From NCBI GenBank assembly GCA_034722055.1, contig JAYENL010000215.1:1-28708 (forward strand): a DNA stretch of 28,708 nucleotides. The letters run 5' to 3'. Under the pieces are notes generated by a model that was given only the letters and a program-made list of their open reading frames with translations, did no database searches and was not told the DNA's origin. This DNA comes from Armatimonadota bacterium (GTDB lineage Bacteria; Armatimonadota; Zipacnadia; Zipacnadales; UBA5352). Positions 1 to 7,906 of this stretch are shown here, piece after piece; the stretch's first letter is position 1; every line of letters begins with the position of its first letter. A program made the translations under genes and the position numbers.

Positions 1-30
1 GTAGATAGCTCTACCCAGGGGCCAAACGGC

Positions 31-52
31 GCGCAGGCGGGGGCGCCTGCGC
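31..52. other. GC-rich hairpin, possible terminator of an upstream gene outside the window
   Basis: GCGCAGGCG-GGGG-CGCCTGCGC, perfect 9-bp stem; no U-tract. Confidence 0.35.
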
Positions 53-57
53 TGATG

Positions 58-80
58 GTCGGGCTGGAAGCCCGACCTAC
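58..80 (-). repeat. REP-like palindrome
   Basis: Reverse complement reads GTAG-GTCGGGCT-TCC-AGCCCGAC; the same unit recurs many times in the window. Confidence 0.85.
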
Positions 81-267
81 ACGGGTGGGCCGGGGTGGAA
101 CCTGAGCGGTGCGTTCGGGAACGCACCGCTCACCGCTCGCTCCGCTCGCGGCGGCCCCTCCATGGAGCGCGGGCGTCTTATCGGGACGCGGGAAGGTACG
201 CGAGCTTCTGCGACTTAGCACCAGGTCACAGGCTCAAAGCCTGCGCTGGGATCGGGAACTGAGACGG

Positions 268-1896
268 ATGCTTCAGCAGCTACGAGAAACCTGGGAGTCC
301 CTCAACCGCCGCCAGCAGATCGCGCTGGCGGCCATGGCGACGGTGGTGGTGGGGGCACTGGTGGCCGTCGGCGTGTGGGCCACGCGCCCGACCTGGGCGG
401 TGCTCTACAGCGACCTCTCGCCACGGGACGCGCAGGCGGTGGTGGAGCAGCTCAAGGAGCAGGGCGTTCCCCATCGCCTGGTGAGCGGGGGCGGCGCGGT
501 GCAGGTGCCCCAGCAGCGCCTCTACGAGCTGCGCCTGCAGCTCGCGGGCGAGGGCCTCCCGGACAGCTCCACCGTCGGCTTCGAGCTGTTCGACCGCACC
601 AGCTTCTCCACCAGCGATCTGCAGAACAACGTCAACCTCCAACGCGCCCTGCAGGGGGAGCTTGAGCGAAGCATCTCCACGCTCGACGAGATCTCCACCG
701 CGCGCGTGCACCTGGCTCTCCCAAAGGAGCGGCTGTTCACTGAGCGGCAGGAGCCGCCCAGCGCCTCCGTGGTGGTGGGCCTGGGGGGCCATCGCCTCAG
801 CACCGAGCAGGTGGCGGCCATCACGCAGCTCGTCGCCAGCGCGGTACCGTCCCTGGAGCCGCGGGCGGTCACGCTGGTAGACACCGGTGGGGCGGTGCTG
901 TCGGGCGGCTGGGACTCGGGCGGCGGGCTTCTGACCATGGCCCAGCTCGAGGCCACCCGGGCATACGAGGAGCGGATGCGCCAGCACCTGCAGACCATGC
1001 TGGACTCGGTGCTGGGCGCCAACCACTCGGTGGTCCGCGTGCAGGCCGAGCTGGACTTCGAGACTCAGCAGCTCACCCGCGAGACCCTCGAGCCGCCCGC
1101 GGGCGAGGGCATGGTCACCACCGAGGAGCTCACCCGCGAGCAGTACGAGGGCGAGGCGGGGGCGGAGGTCGGCGGGCCCGCGGGGCTGACCGCGCGGGGC
1201 TCGCGCACCGCCTCCGGGGAGGGCGGCAGCTACGAGCATACGCACGAGAGCCGGGAGTACGACTACTCGCGAACCCAGGAGCAACTCACGCGGCCGCCGG
1301 GGAGGGTGCGGCGTCTCACGGTGGCGGTGGTCATCGACGAGAGCTTGGACTCCGCGGCCTCAGCTCAGGTGCAGCAGCTCGTAGAGGCCGCAGCGGGCGT
1401 GGACACGGATCGCGGCGACGTCGTCACTGTGGAGACGATGGCCATCGACGCCGTGAAGGTGGCCCAGGAGCAGCAGAAGGCCGCCGAGGCCGCGGAGGCC
1501 CAGCGGCAACGCAGCAGAGCCATCGAGCGCGCCACCCGCTACGGCACGATTATCCTGATGCTCGCGATGCTGGCAGGGGCGATAGTGATGTTCTCGAGAC
1601 GACTCGGCCCGGCCGAGGAGCCGGAGGATTCTCAGGAGCCTGAGGACACTCCGTCGCAGCCCGAGGCGGTTCCCGCCGAGGCTGGTGAGGGCGCCGGCCA
1701 GGAGGAGCTGGCGTTCGCGCCCATGACGGTCGATGAGCTGCAGGCCGCCACCGAGGGCGTGCAGCCGGACGATCGCGGCCTGTCGGACACGCTCTCTGCT
1801 CTCGGCTCGGAATCCCCGGAGAGCTTCGCGGAGCTGTTGCGCGGCTGGATGAGCCCCGAGAGCGGCTCCGCTGACGTGGAGCGTGATGAAAAGTGA
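268..1896 (+). CDS. fliF: Flagellar basal-body MS-ring protein FliF
   Basis: N-terminal TM, LYSDLS, GFELFD, RALQGELERSI, ARVHLALP, second TM, C-terminal PESFAELLRGW. Start placed at ATG 268 (MLQQ) rather than 109. Confidence 0.96.
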   Translation: MLQQLRETWESLNRRQQIALAAMATVVVGALVAVGVWATRPTWAVLYSDLSPRDAQAVVEQLKEQGVPHRLVSGGGAVQVPQQRLYELRLQLAGEGLPDSSTVGFELFDRTSFSTSDLQNNVNLQRALQGELERSISTLDEISTARVHLALPKERLFTERQEPPSASVVVGLGGHRLSTEQVAAITQLVASAVPSLEPRAVTLVDTGGAVLSGGWDSGGGLLTMAQLEATRAYEERMRQHLQTMLDSVLGANHSVVRVQAELDFETQQLTRETLEPPAGEGMVTTEELTREQYEGEAGAEVGGPAGLTARGSRTASGEGGSYEHTHESREYDYSRTQEQLTRPPGRVRRLTVAVVIDESLDSAASAQVQQLVEAAAGVDTDRGDVVTVETMAIDAVKVAQEQQKAAEAAEAQRQRSRAIERATRYGTIILMLAMLAGAIVMFSRRLGPAEEPEDSQEPEDTPSQPEAVPAEAGEGAGQEELAFAPMTVDELQAATEGVQPDDRGLSDTLSALGSESPESFAELLRGWMSPESGSADVERDEK

Positions 1897-2678
1897 CGGC
1901 GGCGCGCGAGCCCGATGCACCTCGCTGGCGGTGGCCGCAGCTCGACGACGCACCGGCCCTCGACCGGCAGTTCACGCCGGTGGCGCCGGACGACTCGCTG
2001 CAGGGCGACGCGTCAGGCGCTCCTGCGCGAGATGATTCGCCGCTGGACGGGGCGCAGCAGCCCCCGGGCGATGGCCGCCAGGAGGCCGAGCGGCTCGTCG
2101 AGCAGGCTCAACGGGAGGCGGCCGACATCCGACGGCAGGCCCGCGAGGAGGCCATTCGTGAGGCCCGCGGGCGCCTGGCGGAGGCGCTGCGAGCGACGGT
2201 CGGTGAGCAGGTGAAGGCCTTCGAGGAGGCCCGGGAGGCGCTGCTGGCGCAGATGCGCGCCGCCGCGGCCACGCAGGCCGATGACCTGGAGCGAGAGGTG
2301 GCCGGCCTCGTGGCGCAGATGGCTGCGAAGATCGTCCGCCGCACCGTCGAGGAGGACGAGACCGTCGTCCTGGACGTGGTCCGTGACACCATCGCCGAGG
2401 CCGCGGGCGCCGCTCGCCTCACCATCCACGTTACGCCGGCGCAGGAGCCGCTGGTGCGAGAGGCGCAGGCGGAGCTGCTCTCGGCGGCGGAGGGCGCCCA
2501 GGAGCTGCACATCGTGGCCGACGACGCCGTCGGCGCTGGCGGCTGCATCGTGGAGACCGGCCGGGGGCGCTTTGACGCGCGCGTCGAGACTCAGCTTGAG
2601 ATGCTCGAGGACGAGCTCGGCCGGGTACTGGGCGGCGAGGCCGCAGGAGACTGCGATGCAGTCTCAGAGACCTCGTGA
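1893..2678 (+). CDS. fliH: Flagellar export ATPase regulator FliH
   Basis: Coiled-coil AxxxA region, C-terminal GGCIVETGRGRFDARVETQLE; GTGA overlaps with fliF and fliI. Confidence 0.9.
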   Translation: MTAAREPDAPRWRWPQLDDAPALDRQFTPVAPDDSLQGDASGAPARDDSPLDGAQQPPGDGRQEAERLVEQAQREAADIRRQAREEAIREARGRLAEALRATVGEQVKAFEEAREALLAQMRAAAATQADDLEREVAGLVAQMAAKIVRRTVEEDETVVLDVVRDTIAEAAGAARLTIHVTPAQEPLVREAQAELLSAAEGAQELHIVADDAVGAGGCIVETGRGRFDARVETQLEMLEDELGRVLGGEAAGDCDAVSETS

Positions 2679-4153
2679 GCGGCCGAGATGGCGGCGGGGT
2701 CCTGCGCACCGTCGGCGAGCGGCTCTCGAGCGCCTCCACGGTGCGGCGCACCGGGCGCGTCACCAAGTCCGTGGGGATCATCATCGAGTCCGACGGCCCT
2801 CCCGCCCAGGTCGGGGAGATGTGCGAGATCGCCACCTCGGCGGGCAGCATACGCGCCGAGGTCGTGGGCTTCCGCGACGAGCGCCTGTTGATGATGCCCC
2901 TGGGGCACACGCGGCGGATCGCCGCCGGCAGCACGGTGATCGCCAGCGGCCGGCCCATGATGATCCCGGTGAGCAAGGCCATGCTCGGCCGCGTCTTCGA
3001 CGGCCTCTGCAGGCCGCTGGATGACCGACCGGCTTCCGCCGCCGAAAAGTTCCTGCCTGCAGAGGCAGCCCCGCCCAAGGCCATGCACCGCCGCCGCATC
3101 ACCGAGCCCCTCCCCCTGGGCGTGCGCGCCATTGACGGGCCGCTCACCTGCGGCCGTGGCCAGCGCGTCGGCATCTTCTCCGGCTCCGGCGTGGGCAAGA
3201 GCACGCTGCTGGGCACCATCGCCCGCAACACCGCCGCGGATGTCAACGTCATCGGCCTCATCGGCGAGCGCGGCCGGGAGGTGCGGGAGTTCGTGGAGGA
3301 GATCCTCGGCGAGGGGGGCCTCGCCAGGTCGGTGGTCGTGGCCGCCACCAGCGATCAGCCGCCACTGGTGCGCCTGCGCGGCGCCCAGGTCGCCACGACC
3401 ATCGCAGAGTTCTTCCGCGACAGGGGCCTCGACGTGCTCCTGATGATGGACTCCATCACGCGCGTGGCGTGGGCCCAGCGCGAGGTGGGCCTCGCCGCAG
3501 GCGAGCCGCCCACACGCAACGGATACACCCCGTCGGTCTTCGCGGAGCTACCCCGGCTTCTCGAGCGCAGCGGCATGTCCGAGCGGGGCAGCATCACCGC
3601 CCTCTACGCCATCCTGGTGGAGGGCGACGACATGACCGAGCCGGTGGCCGACGCCGCGCGCGGCATCCTCGATGGGCACATCGTCCTCTCGCGCGAGCTG
3701 GCCAATCAGGGGCACTATCCAGCGGTTGACGTTCTGCAGAGCGTCAGCCGCCTGATGGACGCAGTGGTGGACGAGGAGCACCAGCGCCACGCCCGCACGC
3801 TGTGCGAGAATATGGCCGTCTACGCCGAGCACGAGGACCTGATCACCCTCGGGGCCTACGAGGCCGGCAGCGATCCCGCCGTGGACCGCGCCATCGCACT
3901 GCGCCCGCAGATCCTGCGCTTCCTCCGCCAGGACGTCCGCGAGTGCCCATCCTTCGCGGACACCCGCAGGGCGCTCGCCGAAGCGATCCAGCCTCCACCC
4001 GAGCCCGCGCCGGCCGGTCCGGACCTGGGCGGCGAGCCACAGCACCCCCGCCGACCCCACCCCTCCCAGGCGCTGGCCAGCTTCCGGGCCGCGGCCGGCG
4101 CGCAGGCCGCCGACGAGAGCCAGGCCCCTGCCGAGAATCGACCGGAGCGCTAA
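2675..4153 (+). CDS. fliI: Flagellum-specific export ATPase FliI
   Basis: Walker A GSGVGKST, GERGREV, MDSITR, GEPP, LLERSG, ILDGHIVLSR; Pro/Ala-rich C-terminal tail. Confidence 0.97.
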   Translation: MSGRDGGGVLRTVGERLSSASTVRRTGRVTKSVGIIIESDGPPAQVGEMCEIATSAGSIRAEVVGFRDERLLMMPLGHTRRIAAGSTVIASGRPMMIPVSKAMLGRVFDGLCRPLDDRPASAAEKFLPAEAAPPKAMHRRRITEPLPLGVRAIDGPLTCGRGQRVGIFSGSGVGKSTLLGTIARNTAADVNVIGLIGERGREVREFVEEILGEGGLARSVVVAATSDQPPLVRLRGAQVATTIAEFFRDRGLDVLLMMDSITRVAWAQREVGLAAGEPPTRNGYTPSVFAELPRLLERSGMSERGSITALYAILVEGDDMTEPVADAARGILDGHIVLSRELANQGHYPAVDVLQSVSRLMDAVVDEEHQRHARTLCENMAVYAEHEDLITLGAYEAGSDPAVDRAIALRPQILRFLRQDVRECPSFADTRRALAEAIQPPPEPAPAGPDLGGEPQHPRRPHPSQALASFRAAAGAQAADESQAPAENRPER

Positions 4154-4177
4154 AGTTCGCGCGCTGGATGACGATAA
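4151..4177 (+). promoter_or_regulatory. Putative sigma28 (FliA) promoter upstream of fliJ
   Basis: TAAA(GTT)-N15-GACGATAA versus consensus TAAA-N15-GCCGATAA: one mismatch, exact spacing, AT-rich in a GC-rich background. Confidence 0.7.
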
Positions 4178-4231
4178 TACACCGACCCGCGGAACGCGCA
4201 TCGCGACTGACCGACCCACTGGTGGCCAAGA

Positions 4232-4720
4232 GTGCCTGACTTCGAGTTCTCACTGCAGAGCGCCCTCGACCTCCGACGCCACGAGGAGGACGTCGCCCAG
4301 CGCCGGCTGGCACAGGCGCAGCGCATCGCAGACGGCATTCGGGCCCAGCTCCGGGAGACGCAGGGCCGCCATGATGACATCGTGGCGGCCCTCAGCGACA
4401 GCGGGATAGATGGCAGCGGGCCGATCGTCGGCCGACTGCAGCACGCCCACCGGTGCCTTGCGAGCTTCCGGCATGCCATCAGCAGGCTGCGCGAGCGGCT
4501 GGAGCAGGCCCAGCGGCTCTGCCGCGGGCGACGCGCCGAGCTCCTGGCCGCCTCCCAGGCGCGCGAGGCCCTGGAGCGGCTCGCCGAGCGGCAGGAGGCC
4601 GACCATCGCCGCGAGCTGGCCCGCCGCGAGCAGCGCGAGCTCGACGAGGCCGCCATCGCTCGCCACCACCGACAGCAGGCCACGCCGGGCGTGGCCGATC
4701 CGGGCGTCGCGGCGGCCTGA
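4232..4720 (+). CDS. fliJ: Flagellar export protein FliJ
   Basis: FEFSLQSALDLR N-terminus, coiled coil, C-terminal REQRELDE; follows fliI. Confidence 0.9.
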   Translation: MPDFEFSLQSALDLRRHEEDVAQRRLAQAQRIADGIRAQLRETQGRHDDIVAALSDSGIDGSGPIVGRLQHAHRCLASFRHAISRLRERLEQAQRLCRGRRAELLAASQAREALERLAERQEADHRRELARREQRELDEAAIARHHRQQATPGVADPGVAAA

Positions 4721-4770
4721 CATCCCGCACGACGCGAACGCGTCCCAGCCTCAGCAGACAGGGGGCAGCC

Positions 4771-5385
4771 GTGCTCAGCAGACTGCCGCAGATCATCCAA
4801 CGCGTGGCGACGATACGCTCCCGCCTCCAGCGGGTGGCGGGCGTGCACAACACGCCCCGGCCGGCGCAGGAGAGCGGCTTTGCGCAGGCCCTGGCGGCGG
4901 CGCGCCGCTCAGACGCTGCGGTTGCCGCCGGGCACGGGCCCTTCGATGACATTATCCGCCACGCCGCGGAGAGCTACGGCCTGGGCGAGGACCTGCTCCA
5001 CGCCGTCATCCAGGCCGAGTCCGGCTACAACCCCCGCTGCACGTCGTCTGCCGGCGCGGTGGGGCTGATGCAGCTCATGCCTGGCACCGCCCGGGCCCTT
5101 GGCGTCAGCGACGCCTACGATCCGGTTCAGAACGTGCTCGGCGGGGCCCGATACCTTCGCGAGCAGCTCGACCGATTCGGTGACCTGTCACTGGCGCTGG
5201 CGGCCTACAACGCGGGGCCCGGCGCGGTCCAGCGGCATGGGGGCATACCCCCGTATCGTGAGACCCAGGGCTACGTGCGGCGCGTGCTGCGCTACCTCCG
5301 GGAGTCGGGCTGGAAGCCCGACCTACGCGGACGGGAGGAGGCGGGCTGGAAGCCCGACTCAAGCGGACGGGAGGCGGTGCCATGA
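4771..5385 (+). CDS. Lytic transglycosylase (SLT family), flagellum-associated
   Basis: IQAESGYNP (catalytic Glu), GAVGLMQLMP, ALAAYNAGPG, ETQGYV; GTG start at 4771 inferred; last ~25 codons are REP-derived. Confidence 0.9.
   Translation: MLSRLPQIIQRVATIRSRLQRVAGVHNTPRPAQESGFAQALAAARRSDAAVAAGHGPFDDIIRHAAESYGLGEDLLHAVIQAESGYNPRCTSSAGAVGLMQLMPGTARALGVSDAYDPVQNVLGGARYLREQLDRFGDLSLALAAYNAGPGAVQRHGGIPPYRETQGYVRRVLRYLRESGWKPDLRGREEAGWKPDSSGREAVP
5304..5360 (-). repeat. Two REP-like palindromes inside the 3' end of the SLT gene
   Basis: GTCGGGCTGGAAGCCCGACCTAC (5304-5326) and GCGGGCTGGAAGCCCGACTC (5341-5360), translated as SGWKPDL and AGWKPDS. Confidence 0.85.
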
Positions 5386-7475
5386 CCCAGCCCGCCGCCG
5401 CCATGCCTGGACCGCTCTCGCCTGGGAAGCCGCCGGAGGCGCTCGCCGACCCGCCGGCGGCCGATCCGGGCCTCTTCCTGGCCGCGCTGGGCCTCTGCCT
5501 GCACGGCACACCGCCGGCGCCTACGCCCTCACCGGGCCCAACGGCCGAGCAGAGTATCACTCCTGTCCGGGCACTGAGCACCGGCTCAACGCTCGCCGCA
5601 CACCCTCCGCTGCCCGCGTCGGCCAGCGGCGCTGCCGCCGCCCTGGAGGCGCCGACGGCGCACGCGCTCACCCCCCTCGTACACCGCCGCGGAGGTCAAG
5701 CTTCCGTCCCGATCCCGAACAACGACGCACGCACAAGAGTGTGCGTGCCACCGAACAGCCTCGCCTCGCGTCCGGCGGGACCGCCAGCGACCACGCGTGC
5801 GGATGCCTCTGCGGCCACCACCGGGCTTCCACCCGGCCGCCACCGACAGCCCGTGGGGCCGGCTTCCGGCCGGTCACGTCCTACATCGCAGGCTGGAAGC
5901 CTGCGCCACGAAGGCAGGCTCCAAGCCAGCGTCATAGAGGCCGACGCCTCACAGCAGGCCGCCGTGCCGCACACCTCACCCGCGGACGCGGCGGACTCGC
6001 AGCACGTGGGGAGAAGCTGGCGGCCGCTGAGCCCGGCCCCGGTGTCCCAACAGCAAGCCGGCCAACCTCAGAGCCCTCTCGCCGCCCCACCGACAGCCGG
6101 TGGGGCCGGCGTGCAGCCGGACAGCACCTGGACCCCGTGGGGGCGGGTTGGAGCCGACCACGGCGTACATCGCAGGCTGGAAGCCCGCGCCACGGGGGTA
6201 GGGCGGAACCCTGCGCCGCGGGATCGGGCTGTCACTGGCGATGTCGATGGCGTGGCATCTGCGCGCAGCGTCCCATCTCCGCGTAGCGTCCTATCTCCGC
6301 GTACCATACTATCTGCGCGTAGGTCGGGCTTCCAGCCCGACAGGCGTGGCACAGGTCCGCGCCCTACACCGCGCGAGCCGATTGCGCACCGTCCGTTCGA
6401 CCCGCTTGCGGTCCGCCATGCCGTAGTTCGCAGGCTGGAAGCCTGCGCCACGGGGGCAGGTCAGAAGCTTGGGCCACCGGATCGGGCTGTCACTCACGAT
6501 GTCGATGGCACCGCACGTGCGCGCAGCGTCCCATCTCCGCGGGGCGTCCCGTCTTCGCGTAGCGTCCTATCCCCGCGTACCATACTATCTCCGCGTAGGT
6601 CGGGCTTCCAGCCCGACAGGCTGAGGCAGGTGGCAGTGTCTGCCCGCAATGGAGCGCGACCGGCGCCCCACAGCCAGGAGGCACCCACACGCGCCACACC
6701 TCCGCCCCAGCGTGAGCCCGGCGTGACGCAGGCATCGTCGGGGGCCTCAGCGCCGGCACCGGGCACCGGGACACGGCCGACACGCACCTCTCAGATGCCA
6801 CCGGAGGCGCCCTCAACTGAGCGAGGGACTACCGCCGCCCCGCAGATTCGCAACGGTGCACCACAGACGCGTCGCGATGCGACGGAACTGCACGGCCTCG
6901 AACGGGCCGGACGTGAGTCCCCGGGGGTGCGGGAGCGGATGCCGGGAGCCCCGGAGCCCTCGCGCGACGGCCGGCCGGACCTCGCCCACGACGCGATCTC
7001 CCGAACGCCGACCTCTCACCGTGGGGCCGGCCGGGAGCCAGCCCCACAGGTCGAGGCCGTGCGCATACCGCGCATCCCCGAGACCGCTCGCGGTCTCGCA
7101 AAGAGCCTCCGTGACGACGGGCCGCAGCGAGTGCGGATCGAGGTCCACCCTCCGGAGCTGGGCCGCTGCGAGCTGGAGCTGAGCATGCGCGAGGGGGCGG
7201 TGCGGGCAGTGATCGTGGCCGACCGGCCGGAGACGGCGGCGGCCATGCGGTCGGCGGAGGCCCAAGTGCGGGAGGCGCTGGCCCGGCAGGACCTGCAGAT
7301 GGCCGAGTTCGACGTGCGCGAGGGCGGCGCGGGTGACGCCCGTCACGCGCCCCAGGACCGACCCGAGGCCCGGCAGGCGCCGCTGCCGCGCATGCTGCGC
7401 CGGGAGCGCCTGGCTCGGGATGTCTGGCGCCCGGCGGTGACCAGCGCGGCCCGGCGCGTGAACCTGGTGGCATGA
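5382..7475 (+). CDS. fliK: Flagellar hook-length control protein FliK
   Basis: Long Pro/Ala/Arg-rich low-complexity region; C-terminal T3S4 domain RVRIEVHPPELGRCELELS...VREAL; lies before flgD. Confidence 0.88.
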   Translation: MTQPAAAMPGPLSPGKPPEALADPPAADPGLFLAALGLCLHGTPPAPTPSPGPTAEQSITPVRALSTGSTLAAHPPLPASASGAAAALEAPTAHALTPLVHRRGGQASVPIPNNDARTRVCVPPNSLASRPAGPPATTRADASAATTGLPPGRHRQPVGPASGRSRPTSQAGSLRHEGRLQASVIEADASQQAAVPHTSPADAADSQHVGRSWRPLSPAPVSQQQAGQPQSPLAAPPTAGGAGVQPDSTWTPWGRVGADHGVHRRLEARATGVGRNPAPRDRAVTGDVDGVASARSVPSPRSVLSPRTILSARRSGFQPDRRGTGPRPTPREPIAHRPFDPLAVRHAVVRRLEACATGAGQKLGPPDRAVTHDVDGTARARSVPSPRGVPSSRSVLSPRTILSPRRSGFQPDRLRQVAVSARNGARPAPHSQEAPTRATPPPQREPGVTQASSGASAPAPGTGTRPTRTSQMPPEAPSTERGTTAAPQIRNGAPQTRRDATELHGLERAGRESPGVRERMPGAPEPSRDGRPDLAHDAISRTPTSHRGAGREPAPQVEAVRIPRIPETARGLAKSLRDDGPQRVRIEVHPPELGRCELELSMREGAVRAVIVADRPETAAAMRSAEAQVREALARQDLQMAEFDVREGGAGDARHAPQDRPEARQAPLPRMLRRERLARDVWRPAVTSAARRVNLVA
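5853..6620. repeat. Cluster of REP-like palindromes, inverted doublets and an in-frame tandem duplication within fliK
   Basis: REP-like units at 5853(+), 5887(-), 6100(+), 6137(+), 6171(-), 6319(+), 6429(-), 6595(+); 6171-6344 is duplicated at 6429-6620; internal 18-bp repeats encode SVPSPR/SVLSPR/TILSPR. Confidence 0.85.
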
Positions 7476-7494
7476 CGCGGAGAGGAGCAGTGCG

Positions 7495-7884
7495 ATGAGA
7501 ATCGATGCCGCGCAGCAGGGCGCACAGGCGCAGCTTCACGCCGGCGGGCTCTCCTCCACGCAGGACTTCATGACCCTGCTGGTGGCCCAGCTCCGTGCCC
7601 AGGATCCGCTCAGCCCCATGGATCCCACGGAGTTCATGAGCCAGCTCAGCCAGCTTCAGAGCGTGGCGGAGCTGAGCACCATCAGTTCGCTGCTGAGCGA
7701 GCTGCGGGCGACGCAGATGCTCAGCCCGGCGCTCTCTCTGATCGGCCGCACCGTGCAGTGGTACGACGCCACCGGCGCGCTGCAGTCGGCGACCGTGGAG
7801 CGCGTGGAGCTATGGGACGGGCAGGCGGATCTCGTGGCCGGCGACCGGCGCATCTCGCTCGAGGACGTCGTCGCAGTCAGTTGA
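7495..7884 (+). CDS. flgD: Flagellar hook capping protein FlgD (short form)
   Basis: DFMTLLVAQLRAQDPLSPMDPTEFMSQLSQL, ALSLIGRTV; SD AGAGGAG. Confidence 0.93.
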   Translation: MRIDAAQQGAQAQLHAGGLSSTQDFMTLLVAQLRAQDPLSPMDPTEFMSQLSQLQSVAELSTISSLLSELRATQMLSPALSLIGRTVQWYDATGALQSATVERVELWDGQADLVAGDRRISLEDVVAVS

Positions 7885-7906
7885 TCGCGCCCGGAGGAGG
7901 CGGACC

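Noticed and set aside
109..267. Longer FliF start
   Set aside because: The extra 53 residues are not FliF-like; ATG 268 gives the usual distance to the first TM
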